From NCBI GenBank assembly GCA_965203275.1, contig OZ241865.1:512001-576000 (forward strand): DNA of 64,000 bases, written 5' to 3'. The stretch comes from Bdellovibrionales bacterium (lineage in GTDB: Bacteria; Bdellovibrionota; Bdellovibrionia; Bdellovibrionales; JAUICD01). The stretch's first letter is position 1. Every line of letters starts with the position of its first letter. Below the pieces are notes generated by a model, which worked only from the letters and a program-made list of their open reading frames with translations, searched no databases and was not told the DNA's origin. This document shows, one piece after another, positions 31,567 through 41,490 of the stretch. A program made the translations under genes and the position numbers.

Positions 31567-32475
31567 TTACCTGAAAAGTTTATATTTTTTTGCAGCAAAC
31601 CAGTTCTTTTTATGTGGGTCATACTGCACTCTTGCACATTCTATATAAGGATCATGCTCAAAGAATAAAAGCCAATTATTTTTTGTAGCTTCAGTTAAGA
31701 TTTTATGCTTTTCTTCAATCAATAGGAGTGGATGCAGATCATAGCCCATCACCCAAGCTAGCCTTATATGTGAGGCTGTAGGAATCACATCTCCACAATA
31801 AAATAAAGCCTCTGTATCACTAGAGACTAAAACATTTTGTTGACCTTTGGTATGCCCATAGCTCAAGGTCACAGAGATATTAGGCAGAAGTTCATCCACA
31901 GGACCATCTAAAATTTTCAACACATTTGCTTCCAAAAGAGGCTTAAAATTAGCAGGGAAATAACTCGCTCTTTCTCTTAAGTTAGGATTTTCAGCTGTTT
32001 CTAAATTATCTTTTTGTACGTAGTAAGTGGCTTTTGGAAAAGTAGGAACAAGCTTTTGATGAAGAGTCGTCGTGGCTCCACCAGCATGATCAAAATGAAG
32101 GTGTGTTAAAATCACATCTGTAATGTCTTCTGAATGGAGTCCTTTTTGTTTAAGAGCCTCCACAACAGGTGGCTGATCAGTAGCAGAAATGCTATACATA
32201 TCTGCAAATTTTTGACCTAAGCGGGTCCCATATTTTGCCACAAAATCAGCTCCATTGCCAGTGTCCACAATGATCTTCCTCTGATCAGATATCAAGAGTA
32301 AGGGTCTTGCTTCTAATGCAATGCGATTTTTTTGATCTGCAGGATGAGCTTTTTCCCAAAGAACCTTAGGGACTGTACCAAACATTGCCCCTCCATCTAA
32401 TCCAAACAAGCCTGTAGGCAAGCTATGGACTTGATAAGGTTCAATTTGTAGATTAAGAGATATTATTTCTTGCAT
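31567..32475 (-). CDS. MBL-fold metallo-hydrolase (YtnP-like)
   Basis: LDGGAMFG, THLHFDHAGG, GHT, HDP. Confidence 0.9.
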   Translation of the reverse strand: MQEIISLNLQIEPYQVHSLPTGLFGLDGGAMFGTVPKVLWEKAHPADQKNRIALEARPLLLISDQRKIIVDTGNGADFVAKYGTRLGQKFADMYSISATDQPPVVEALKQKGLHSEDITDVILTHLHFDHAGGATTTLHQKLVPTFPKATYYVQKDNLETAENPNLRERASYFPANFKPLLEANVLKILDGPVDELLPNISVTLSYGHTKGQQNVLVSSDTEALFYCGDVIPTASHIRLAWVMGYDLHPLLLIEEKHKILTEATKNNWLLFFEHDPYIECARVQYDPHKKNWFAAKKYKLFR

Positions 32476-32526
32476 ATTATGCCCTTTTTATTTAAGTTAA
32501 GTTGATAACAAAATAAATAGGTATTT

Positions 32527-33225
32527 ATGAGTTCATCAAAAAATCAACCATTTGCAAATAATGATAGTGCAGTTTGTGATTCAAGGCAACTGTCTACAGA
32601 GGATATTCTAGCCCACGTACGACTTTCTGGCTTAAAATCTAACACTCTATCAGATAGTCAGAGAGAAGCTCAAATTGCCCAACATTTTGAAGGCATTATG
32701 AAGACTCTTGGCCTGGACCTTCAAGATCAGGACTTAGCAAAATCTCCACAAAGGGTGGCTAAAATGTATGTGCATGAGATTTTTCAAGGACTCCGTACAG
32801 ATTGTTTCCCTCAAATCACAGTGACTCCTAACAAGACACACTATGATCAGATGATTGTCGTCAAAAATGTCAATATTATGACTTTTTGTCAGCATCATTT
32901 TATTACAATTCACGGCAAAGCTCACATTGCATATATTCCACAAAAATATATTATAGGTCTTTCTAAGATAAATCGCATTGCTAATTTTTTTGCCAGAAGA
33001 CCACAAATTCAAGAACAACTCACTCAACAAATTGCAGATGCTCTTTGTTTTATTTTAGACACTCAGCATATTGCTGTGTCTATCACTGCTCAGCATTACT
33101 GTGTGATGGCAAGAGGAATAAAAGACATGGATAGTGTCACAAAGACTTGTGATCTGCGAGGTGATTTTAAAGACAATCCTAAGACGCGTATGGAGTACAT
33201 GCAACACTGCCATTTTAAAATATAA
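32527..33225 (+). CDS. folE: GTP cyclohydrolase I
   Basis: PQRVAKMY, CQHH, GLSKINR, RRPQIQE, HYCVMARG. Confidence 0.95.
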   Translation: MSSSKNQPFANNDSAVCDSRQLSTEDILAHVRLSGLKSNTLSDSQREAQIAQHFEGIMKTLGLDLQDQDLAKSPQRVAKMYVHEIFQGLRTDCFPQITVTPNKTHYDQMIVVKNVNIMTFCQHHFITIHGKAHIAYIPQKYIIGLSKINRIANFFARRPQIQEQLTQQIADALCFILDTQHIAVSITAQHYCVMARGIKDMDSVTKTCDLRGDFKDNPKTRMEYMQHCHFKI

Positions 33226-33265
33226 TTCTTAACTTAAATGCCTTTCAAATAAGCTGACATGTCAT

Positions 33266-33730
33266 CTAACGTTTAAGTGCCAATGCTGCTTTACGATCCA
33301 TATCACGCTTTTTAAGGGTTTCACGTTGATCATAAAGCTTTTTACCTTTGACAGTCGCTATCTCTACTTTAACTTTAGCCCCTTTAAAATAAATTTTAAG
33401 TGGCACAATGGTCAATCCTTTTTGTCTGATGAAACCATCTAAGCGATGAATTTGTCTCTTATGCATAAGAAGCTTACGCGGTCTTTCTGGTTCATGGTTA
33501 TTGTAACTGCTTTTAAGATATAGACTGATGTATGTCCCTCTCAAAAATAATTCTTGTTTATGGACATCCACATACGAATCTTTGAGTTGACATTGTCCTT
33601 TTCTAAGCGACTTGACCTCACTGCCTGTCAATACAATGCCAGCTTCATAAACATCTAAAATATGATAATCATGTCGAGCTTTTTTGTTTTGAGCAATGAT
33701 TTTGATGGAAGATAAATTGGTTTTTTTCAT
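33266..33730 (-). CDS. smpB: SsrA-binding protein
   Basis: NKKARHDY, EAGIVLTGSEVKSLR, RKLLMHK, GKKLYDQRE. Confidence 0.97.
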   Translation of the reverse strand: MKKTNLSSIKIIAQNKKARHDYHILDVYEAGIVLTGSEVKSLRKGQCQLKDSYVDVHKQELFLRGTYISLYLKSSYNNHEPERPRKLLMHKRQIHRLDGFIRQKGLTIVPLKIYFKGAKVKVEIATVKGKKLYDQRETLKKRDMDRKAALALKR

Positions 33731-33875
33731 AATATTTAAGAGATGTGAGATGACCTTTTACATAAAAAACAAAGCTTTTTTCTATCCATACAGACCTCAA
33801 CAAGAACTTTGTGCATTTATTGATTATGATCCACAGATCACAATAGAGTTCTGATAGTTCATAATCACTTGATCA

Positions 33876-34095
33876 TTTCACTCAAAATGCATCATGCCTC
33901 TGGCATGTTTTTGGACAATGACCGCAAAGGCTTAAGCCTTTGACAAAATGGTCATTGCCTCAAAAATCTATGCATTTTGAGTAGAGGAGGATCTCCTCAT
34001 TTCTTAACATCATGTTAAGGAAAAATTTCCTTCTGATGCCCGATGCCCGATTCCCGGATCCCGGATCCTGGGATAAACACGATGTTAAGGAAAAT
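33876..34095. repeat. Repeat cluster 5: one full unit plus heptamer remnant
   Basis: TTTCACTCAAAATGCAT...ATGCATTTTGAGT...TGTTAAGGAAA. Confidence 0.9.
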
Positions 34096-34103
34096 GTCCC
34101 TTT

Positions 34104-34667
34104 CTAAGATTTTTCTATTTGTCCAAAGTCAAGTTCCACAGGTGTAGGTCTTCCAAAAATATTGACCAAGACTTTCACTGTGCCTTTTTCTTGATGGACT
34201 TCTTCCACAGTACCATTGAAATTGCTAAAAGGGCCTCCTGTCACATGCACAGACTCTCCCACTCTAAAGGACACCTTATGCCTTGGTTTTTCTACACCAA
34301 CTGTCATCTGTCTGGTGATTTTTTGCACTTCATGTTCAGGGACTGGAACTGGCTTGATGGAATCACCTTTGATAGAAGGCCCTACAAAATTTGAAACTTT
34401 CATAGAACCTTTAACCAAATGCCAAGTTTCTTCAGTTAAATGCATTTGTACAAAGATATAACCAGGGAAGAACTTTTGAGCTGTGGTTTGTTTTTGGCCT
34501 TTGACATGCTCTACGACATTTTCTGTAGGAACAAGGACCTGACCAAATTGCTTTTCAAAGCCTTTTTCTTTAATACGGCTCTCAATGGAAGCTTTTGCTT
34601 GTACTTCTGATCCTGTCTTGGTATGCACAACATACCACTTTAAATCAGGAGGGTTTGTTTGATCCAT
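34104..34667 (-). CDS. nusG: Transcription termination/antitermination factor NusG
   Basis: KWYVVHT, FFPGYIFV, GPFSNFNG, IFGRPTPVEL. Confidence 0.97.
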   Translation of the reverse strand: MDQTNPPDLKWYVVHTKTGSEVQAKASIESRIKEKGFEKQFGQVLVPTENVVEHVKGQKQTTAQKFFPGYIFVQMHLTEETWHLVKGSMKVSNFVGPSIKGDSIKPVPVPEHEVQKITRQMTVGVEKPRHKVSFRVGESVHVTGGPFSNFNGTVEEVHQEKGTVKVLVNIFGRPTPVELDFGQIEKS

Positions 34668-34810
34668 TTTATGATTCCTTTATTATTTTTTTTACAATAA
34701 AGCATGTTGTTTTTTGCTTAAAATAGTCTACTTCTAATCACTTTTTAGTTTTAGTGGCAAAAGTTTACACGTCATTTGCATTTGATAAACAGAAAAACAG
34801 CAATTTATAA

Positions 34811-35191
34811 TTATAAATCAATTATATAGTTGACCACATAGCCAGAGATCAAGTCAAAAACACCAAGTAATAAACCTGAAATAAGCAACATAACAGTCAC
34901 CACAAAGGTCATGCCCATAGTGTCTTTTTGAGAAGGCCAGACCACTTTTTGAGTCTCTATAATTACTTCGTCAGCCCTTGTCACAATACGAGGGTTGAAC
35001 TGTAGCAACAAAAAGGTCACAAGCCCTGTGGCTACAGGTAAGCCATGAATCATCAAATCACCTTGGAAGTATCTAGCAAATAAAACCCAAGTCATAGAAA
35101 GGGTTTCAATAATAATGCTCATAACATAAGCAGCTATGATGGCTATGGCAACAAAACAAACAGTGATATATTTTTGATTACTACTTTCCAT
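34811..35191 (-). CDS. secE: Preprotein translocase SecE (3-TM form)
   Basis: ETQKVVWPS motif; three TM segments; upstream of nusG. Confidence 0.92.
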   Translation of the reverse strand: MESSNQKYITVCFVAIAIIAAYVMSIIIETLSMTWVLFARYFQGDLMIHGLPVATGLVTFLLLQFNPRIVTRADEVIIETQKVVWPSQKDTMGMTFVVTVMLLISGLLLGVFDLISGYVVNYIIDL

Positions 35192-35209
35192 AAAGTTCCT
35201 TCATTCGTT

Positions 35210-35860
35210 ATCACTCAAAATAAATCATGCCTCTGTTTCCCTAAAATTGAACTAGCCTCTGGCTACTTTTGGACAGTTAGCCCGACGGCTCTCGCCGTCG
35301 ATCAAAGGCTAACTGTCTCAAAAGCTTGTTCAATTTTAGGAAGGAGGATCTCTTCGTCTCTTAACACCATGTTAAGGAAAAAGTTCCTTCTTACACCTTG
35401 GGCGATGACCACGATGGCTTTCGCCTTTGACAAAATGGTCATTGCCTCAAAAGCCTGACCACTTTTAGTAGAAAGGATCCTTTCCTCTTTTAACACCATG
35501 TTAAGGGTTTGTTTCACTAAAAGTGGTCTATTTCACTCAAAGTGAACTGACCTCTGTTTCCCTAAAATTGAACTAGCCTCTGGCTACTTTTGGACAGTTA
35601 GCCCGACGGCTCTCGCCGTCGATCAAAGGCTAACTGTCTCAAAAGCTTGTTCAATTTTAGGAAGGAGGATCTCTTCGTCTCTTAACACCATGTTAAGGGT
35701 TTGTTTCACTAAAAGTAAACTAGCCTCTGGCTACTTTTGGACAATGACCGCAATGGCTTTCGCCATTGGCAAAATGGTCATTGTCTCAAAAGTCCGTTTA
35801 CTTTTAGTAGGGAGGATCTCTTTCTCTCTTAACACCATGTTAAGGAAAAAGTTCCTTTAG
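35210..35860. repeat. Repeat cluster 6: head-to-tail nested units
   Basis: Full units at 35234, 35555 and 35702 plus truncated ones. Confidence 0.9.
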
Positions 35861-36024
35861 TTCCTATATTTTATATATATAAAGTTTTAAAAAGTCCGTC
35901 AAGAGATAATATTTCACCGTTGTCTTATCACTCAAAAGAGGTTTAAAGTTAGTTAATGAAAACATACAAAATGAAAAAATCATTAATAGAAAAACCTTCC
36001 AAAAGAAAAGCAAAACCTTCTATT

Positions 36025-37827
36025 TTATAAATAGGCATCTACGGGTAACCCAACAGACTTCATCACTTTAAGAGCATTTGTGGTTGTAGCTGCTCCTTTT
36101 TTGATCTGATAATCAAACATTAAAATATCATTTTGGGTATGATCTGTAAAATGCCAGTTTTCTAATCCTTTGATGGCTGAAGTCAATTCAATATCATGTG
36201 TTGTCACAAATCCTAAGCTTTTAGAGTTACAAAGGGCTTTGATTAAGGCCTGAGAACCTAGTAATCTTTCTCTACTGTTGGTACCTTTAAATATTTCATC
36301 GATTAAAAATAAAGAAGGCTGTTTTTTAGCTTCAGATAGCAAATTATGAATACGTACAACTTCTGAATAAAAGTAAGAGGAACCTTGCTGGAGAGAATCA
36401 GAAACCCGAATACATGTAAAGGTTTTGCCAATGAAGGTTTCAAAAGAATCAGCAAATACACTAGCTCCCATCAAAGCTAAAAGCTGATTGATACCTATAG
36501 TTCTTAGAAAAGTAGACTTGCCTGACATATTAGAACCTGTGATCAAAATGACGGGACTCTTATTAGAAATAAAAATAGAATTTTTTACTGCTTTGGATCG
36601 TTCAATCAAAGGGTGATAAGCATTTTTTGTTTTAATAGCCACATCTTTGGTAAATGTAGGAAGGGTTTTGGTTTGGAAATCATACAAAAAAACCAAAGAA
36701 ATTTGCACTTCTATTTGAGTCATAGCCTTTTTAATATCCTCATAAATACTGTTCAACTGAGATTTGGTTTTGATAAGCTTTTTGGCAAAAAAAGCATTCC
36801 AAGGTAAAAGAGAATTAATAATCACAAGCAACAGAGGGTTAGACTGTACACCCAGAAAACTAACCACACTTGAAATATTTGCAAAATACTTTTGTGGGTT
36901 ATGTTTGATGAGAGGCTGAGAGAGGTCAGACATGTCTTCTTTGTTTGCCTGAGCTATTTGATACATGCCATTAAAATAAGTCGATTGAAGTGGTAGATGT
37001 ATTTCTAGTGCTTGAGCATGAGAAAAAGCCCCTCCGTTATATTTAAGAGAAAACATAGAAAATAAAAAGAAAATTGTCCACGTGATAGCCAGGACACTTA
37101 AAGCAAAGGGGGTGCTTATAAAGCAGTACACCACCAAAGTGATGATAAAAGCTAAAAAGGCCATCCATAATCCTATTTCAAAAAGAAAAGGCCCGGAAAA
37201 GTCTTTTTTTGCTTTTAAAAGGTCTTCAAAGTCGGTTGTGTTTTCAAAAGTATTTTGTTCAGGAATTTGAGCTAATGTACGGACAAGCCACTTGATAAAT
37301 TGAGGTGTTAGCCTTTGCCATTTTTTTGTTCTAGCTTGTCTTTCAAGAATGGATTTTTGGGATAAATCTCCATTTAATAAAAGGTCTAAAAACTTTTGTT
37401 TGGAGTAATGCATGATCGTTTCATCTATCATGGTAAAGACAGACTGGGGACCTAAGAGATCAAGATCATCTGCTATGGTATTGACTTTTGCTTTTTTACG
37501 AGCATCGTTTTGATAAGTTCCTTTTTGGCGTAGGTGTTGCCGGCGATAAAATACTTGTGCATGTTCTAACTCTCGAATATGTTTTTTGAGACGTTGTGTT
37601 TTGACAACAGCATAAATAAAAGGAAAACCAAAGAGAATTAAGCTTGGCAGGCCCAAATGCCAGTCAGGGAAAAATGCTGACAACAACAAACCCAACATCA
37701 ACAAGCCAACCCATATCAATCTTATATTGAATGTTTTCTCTAGTTTATTGAGCTTTTTTTTGTAAATTTGATTTAATTTTTTATATTTTTTCCCGCAATC
37801 CATTGTCCATCCTTTTATGTATTTCAA
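36025..37827 (-). CDS. Membrane-anchored MutS-related ATPase (domain V only)
   Basis: TGSNMSGKSTFLR, SYFYSEV, LIDEIFKGTN, TTHD; N-terminal TM pairs; no mismatch-binding domain. Confidence 0.88.
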   Translation of the reverse strand: MKYIKGWTMDCGKKYKKLNQIYKKKLNKLEKTFNIRLIWVGLLMLGLLLSAFFPDWHLGLPSLILFGFPFIYAVVKTQRLKKHIRELEHAQVFYRRQHLRQKGTYQNDARKKAKVNTIADDLDLLGPQSVFTMIDETIMHYSKQKFLDLLLNGDLSQKSILERQARTKKWQRLTPQFIKWLVRTLAQIPEQNTFENTTDFEDLLKAKKDFSGPFLFEIGLWMAFLAFIITLVVYCFISTPFALSVLAITWTIFFLFSMFSLKYNGGAFSHAQALEIHLPLQSTYFNGMYQIAQANKEDMSDLSQPLIKHNPQKYFANISSVVSFLGVQSNPLLLVIINSLLPWNAFFAKKLIKTKSQLNSIYEDIKKAMTQIEVQISLVFLYDFQTKTLPTFTKDVAIKTKNAYHPLIERSKAVKNSIFISNKSPVILITGSNMSGKSTFLRTIGINQLLALMGASVFADSFETFIGKTFTCIRVSDSLQQGSSYFYSEVVRIHNLLSEAKKQPSLFLIDEIFKGTNSRERLLGSQALIKALCNSKSLGFVTTHDIELTSAIKGLENWHFTDHTQNDILMFDYQIKKGAATTTNALKVMKSVGLPVDAYL

Positions 37828-37945
37828 GTATTTTGTATCCTATTATAGTGATTGTCAAAGAATTTAAAACTTTTAATGATCATCTTAAGAATTTCAAAAT
37901 CAAAACGAGGACAGTCCACTATTTCAACACAAAAGCCTGTTAAAA

Positions 37946-39058
37946 TCAAATCAAGTCAAGTAGCATACGTCTGTGAAGCTCATTTTGTATTTTTAATTGC
38001 TCTAATTGCTCTGTCGAAAGCAAGATACTGCTATTTCCATTACTGTCAAAGTGATCAGAATCAAAATCAGAAAAAAAATAAGCACCTATCCCTATAGCTA
38101 CCATAAGTGGCAGTGTCTTTTTTAAAACTTGTGTCAGACGCGTGTTAAAGGGTGGATGCGTGTGGGATGAATCCAATGTTCCTTGCAGATAAACATTTCT
38201 GAGAGTATCTCCACGTAATATACCTCTTTTATAACTGATCTCTAAATCACTTTGATATGTATGAGGTTCACGGCCAGAGTGAGAACGATTGTATGTTATC
38301 TGTACTTCTCCTAATTCTTTCACCACATTGTCACTGTGATCATATAAGCCTGGAAATTCTAAAAACTCTCTGCTTTTGCTCACTTTGATACTTTTAACAT
38401 GAGAAACATTAAAAGTCTGATCTTGCATTTGAACAGTGAAACGATCATCCTTAGGATAATAAATAATTGTGCTATGGTGAGTTGGTAATCCTATGTCTTC
38501 TATATTCCTCCAATGGGGCCTTTTATTATTTTTAGTGATGGTGATCTCTGTGCCAGCAAGGGCTTCTTTTAATTCCTCAAATGGCTTTATAATATGCGGT
38601 TGATTTATAACTGCTGGTATCTCTCCAAGGCGTCGCAATCGACCTCTATGTACAATTTGAGTATCTAAGATATTATTTGATTGTTGTAGGTGATATAGAT
38701 AATAGGCTAGGTATGCTAAACTGTAATGAACAATATTAGCTGTTTGAACTCGGTGCATATTATTGTCAAGTTGTTCAGCTTGACTTAGGGCTTTGTCTAT
38801 AGCTTCTGTTTGTTCTAAGATGAGAGCAATTTCTTCTAAGCTCATAGCTTGATATAAAGGTTTGTCTCTTTCAAAAGATGTGACTGTTTCTGTTTGTTCT
38901 TCTGTCTTATTTTCATTTGCATTTGCATTTGTATTTGCATTGCAGAACCAATTGAAAAACCAACAGTGCAACTCTGATTGATTGTCAGAACTTGCTAATA
39001 TTTTATTAGAATTCAAAATAATTAAACAAATTGTCAAAATATTTATAAAAGTCTTCAT
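37946..39058 (-). CDS. Secreted hypothetical protein
   Basis: 370 aa; signal peptide; hydrophobic segment near the C-terminus. Confidence 0.7.
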   Translation of the reverse strand: MKTFINILTICLIILNSNKILASSDNQSELHCWFFNWFCNANTNANANENKTEEQTETVTSFERDKPLYQAMSLEEIALILEQTEAIDKALSQAEQLDNNMHRVQTANIVHYSLAYLAYYLYHLQQSNNILDTQIVHRGRLRRLGEIPAVINQPHIIKPFEELKEALAGTEITITKNNKRPHWRNIEDIGLPTHHSTIIYYPKDDRFTVQMQDQTFNVSHVKSIKVSKSREFLEFPGLYDHSDNVVKELGEVQITYNRSHSGREPHTYQSDLEISYKRGILRGDTLRNVYLQGTLDSSHTHPPFNTRLTQVLKKTLPLMVAIGIGAYFFSDFDSDHFDSNGNSSILLSTEQLEQLKIQNELHRRMLLDLI

Positions 39059-39178
39059 TATTATATTCTTTTAAGCTTACTTTTTATTGTTGTTTATTTT
39101 ACTTTTATTTATTTTACTTTAAAGTCCTTTATTTCCCTTTAAAATCAATAACTCCCCCCCCCCCCCTCAAAAAAATAA

Positions 39179-39207
39179 ATTATAATCAGAGAAAGGCATA
39201 ATGTCAA
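39179..39207 (-). promoter_or_regulatory. Perfect sigma70 consensus promoter
   Basis: TTGACA-N17-TATAAT on the minus strand, followed by a G13 tract (39154-39166). Confidence 0.8.
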
Positions 39208-39444
39208 GCCTATTTTGTATTTAAAGCATATTTTGTATTTTGAGATTCTCCTTATTTAAAATATAACACCCAAATTTGTCACTCTAAGGGACCTTTTTTG
39301 TTTGTTTTTTTCATCAAACAAAAACAATGCCAAAATAAATATCCTCAATATATCTTCATAGTGCGTTTAATTTTATTAGTGTTTTTAATGGTTTATTGGT
39401 TATATTTGAGGTTTTGCATCAGGGTTTATGCATAGGTATTAGAG

Positions 39445-39461
39445 ATGGTATAGCTTTTGCT
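39445..39461 (+). promoter_or_regulatory. sigma54 -24/-12 promoter
   Basis: ATGGTATAGCTTTTGCT. Confidence 0.55.
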
Positions 39462-39544
39462 ACTTTTAGTGGCAGGATGATTTTTATTTTTTTAACTGAT
39501 TGATGTTTGTTTTCAAGCATTGATTTTAATTTATGGAGGTAATT

Positions 39545-40096
39545 ATGCATAACAATTTAGGTTTATTAACTCTATTGGCTACTTTTGCTGTAGGATGTGC
39601 TCCTGCTTCGCCAATACATTCTATGGGAGGAGCAGATCCTGTTCTTCAGCAAAGTCAAAGTATTGATCTTTGTGGAGACATAGGAACTTTTCAGTACAAT
39701 GCTGACAGAAATACTATTATTTTTGGCAAGGCGGGTTCTGGTTTTGTTCCTTATGATCTTGCTAAAGCAAGAAAAGACAATGGTGCTGACATTGTAGTTT
39801 CTAATAACGAATTATTGACTGATTATGAACGACTACCTGAAACAGGCAACATTCTTCATATTCAAACGACAGAATATGGTGTATCTATCGGTGAAGTTCG
39901 TGTTGTTTCTAAAACTGCTTTACAACAGATGAAGAACACTCCAGAAGGTCATGAGCTTGATTATGATTATGAAGCAGAAGAAATGGAAAAGTTATGTGCT
40001 TTTAGCTTTGCTGTTGCTGGTCTTGAGATTGACCCTGATTCGGGAACTTCTTTGGCTACACAAGAAGAAATCGATGCTTTATCTTCTGTGGAATAG
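39545..40096 (+). CDS. Hypothetical lipoprotein
   Basis: ATG at 39545 after GGAGG; lipobox AVGC. Confidence 0.75.
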   Translation: MHNNLGLLTLLATFAVGCAPASPIHSMGGADPVLQQSQSIDLCGDIGTFQYNADRNTIIFGKAGSGFVPYDLAKARKDNGADIVVSNNELLTDYERLPETGNILHIQTTEYGVSIGEVRVVSKTALQQMKNTPEGHELDYDYEAEEMEKLCAFSFAVAGLEIDPDSGTSLATQEEIDALSSVE

Positions 40097-40109
40097 TCTT
40101 TAGAAGTCT

Positions 40110-40480
40110 TTTTCACTCAAAATGCATCATGCCTCTGGCATGTTTTTGGGCAATCAGCCCGACGGCTCACGCCGTCGATCAAAGGCTGATTGCCTCAAAA
40201 ATCTATGCATTTTGAGTAGAGGAGGATCCCTTCGTTTTTTAACAAGATGTTAAGGAAAAAGAGTTTTATTTTTTGAATAAAAAAAGATAAGCCCTTGAAG
40301 GCTTATCTTTTTTTTTCGTTCAAATGGGTTCACTGTTTCACTGTTTCACTAAAAGTGGTCTAGCCTCTGGCCACTTTCTGGCGATGACCACGATGGCTTT
40401 CGCCATCGATAAAATGGTCATCGCCCAAAAGCAACCAGAGGTTGGTTTACTTTTAGTGAAACAACTCATTTTGAGTGAAA
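40110..40480. repeat. Repeat cluster 7a
   Basis: Full unit 40110-40260; chimeric unit from 40343. Confidence 0.88.
40279..40316 (+). terminator. Intrinsic (bidirectional) terminator
   Basis: AAAAAAAGATAAGCC-CTTGAA-GGCTTATC-T9. Confidence 0.8.
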
Positions 40481-40660
40481 TGGATCATAAGGCAAAAGTC
40501 TAGGTTTTAAATAAAATTCAAGATTGATAAAAGTATTCAATATTTCTTGCCGATAAGAACTAATGAAAAGGTATTTAAAGTACTTTTTCCAGGATCCGGC
40601 AGTCCGGTATTAGGAGGTATTTATGACAACTATGACAACAACAAATTTCATTGAAAGGTT

Positions 40661-40710
<50 letters not shown>

Positions 40711-40859
40711 GCAATAAAGGGTTTTCTAGATATTTAACCTTTTCTCACAATTTGTCTAAAAAACTATCCCTTATTTCATATTATATTTCTTACTTAATTA
40801 AACACAGGTCATTCTTAATGAGTATGTCTCAAAATGAAACATATTTAATGGAGGAATTT

Positions 40860-41472
40860 TTCCCTTAATATTTCACTCAAAATGCATCATGCCTCTGGCA
40901 TGTTTTTGGGCAATGACCGCAACGGCTTTCGCCATTGACAAAATAGTCATTGCCTCAAAAATCTATGCATTTTGAGTAGGGCGAATCTCCTTGCTTCTTG
41001 ACACCATGTTAGGGAAACAAGACATGCTTCTAAAATTTTTTGGAGAGCAAGCGGGTTGCAATAAAGGAACTTTTTCCTTAACATGATGTAAAGAGACGAG
41101 AAGATTCTTCCTACTCAAAGTGAACAGGCTTTCTAGGCGATGACCATTTTATCGATGGCGAAAGCCATCGTGGTCATCGCCAGAAAGTGACCAGAGGTCA
41201 GTTCACTTTGAGTGAAATGACGGCATTGCTCTTTTTAGACAGCGTAAGCTGTCAGAGCAAACGTCAGAAGGAAATCTTTTTCCTTAACATTGTGTTAAGA
41301 AATGAGGACATCCTCCTTCCTAAAATTGAACAGGCTTTTGAGACAGTTAGCCTTTGATCGACGGCGAGAGCCGTCGGGCTAACTGTCCAAAAGTAGCCAG
41401 AGGCTAGTTCAATTTTAGGGAAACAGAGGCATGATTTATTTTGAGTGAAACAAACCACTTTTAGTGAAACAA
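40860..41472. repeat. Repeat cluster 7b
   Basis: Forward unit at 40871, reverse units 41072-41217 and 41278-41425. Confidence 0.9.
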
Positions 41473-41490
41473 ACGAAGGAGGATTTAAAA

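Noticed and set aside
33731..33875. tmRNA beside smpB, or tRNA-Trp upstream of secE
   Set aside because: No acceptor stem, T-loop or CCA pattern found in either place; no RNA gene recognised in the window
36025..37827. Canonical mismatch-repair mutS or mutS2
   Set aside because: Lacks the mismatch-binding and Smr domains and has TM segments; no gene symbol assigned
41072..41217. Hammerhead ribozyme or group II intron domain V in the repeat unit
   Set aside because: No CUGANGA core or domain-V consensus; GAAAC is part of the terminal inverted repeat
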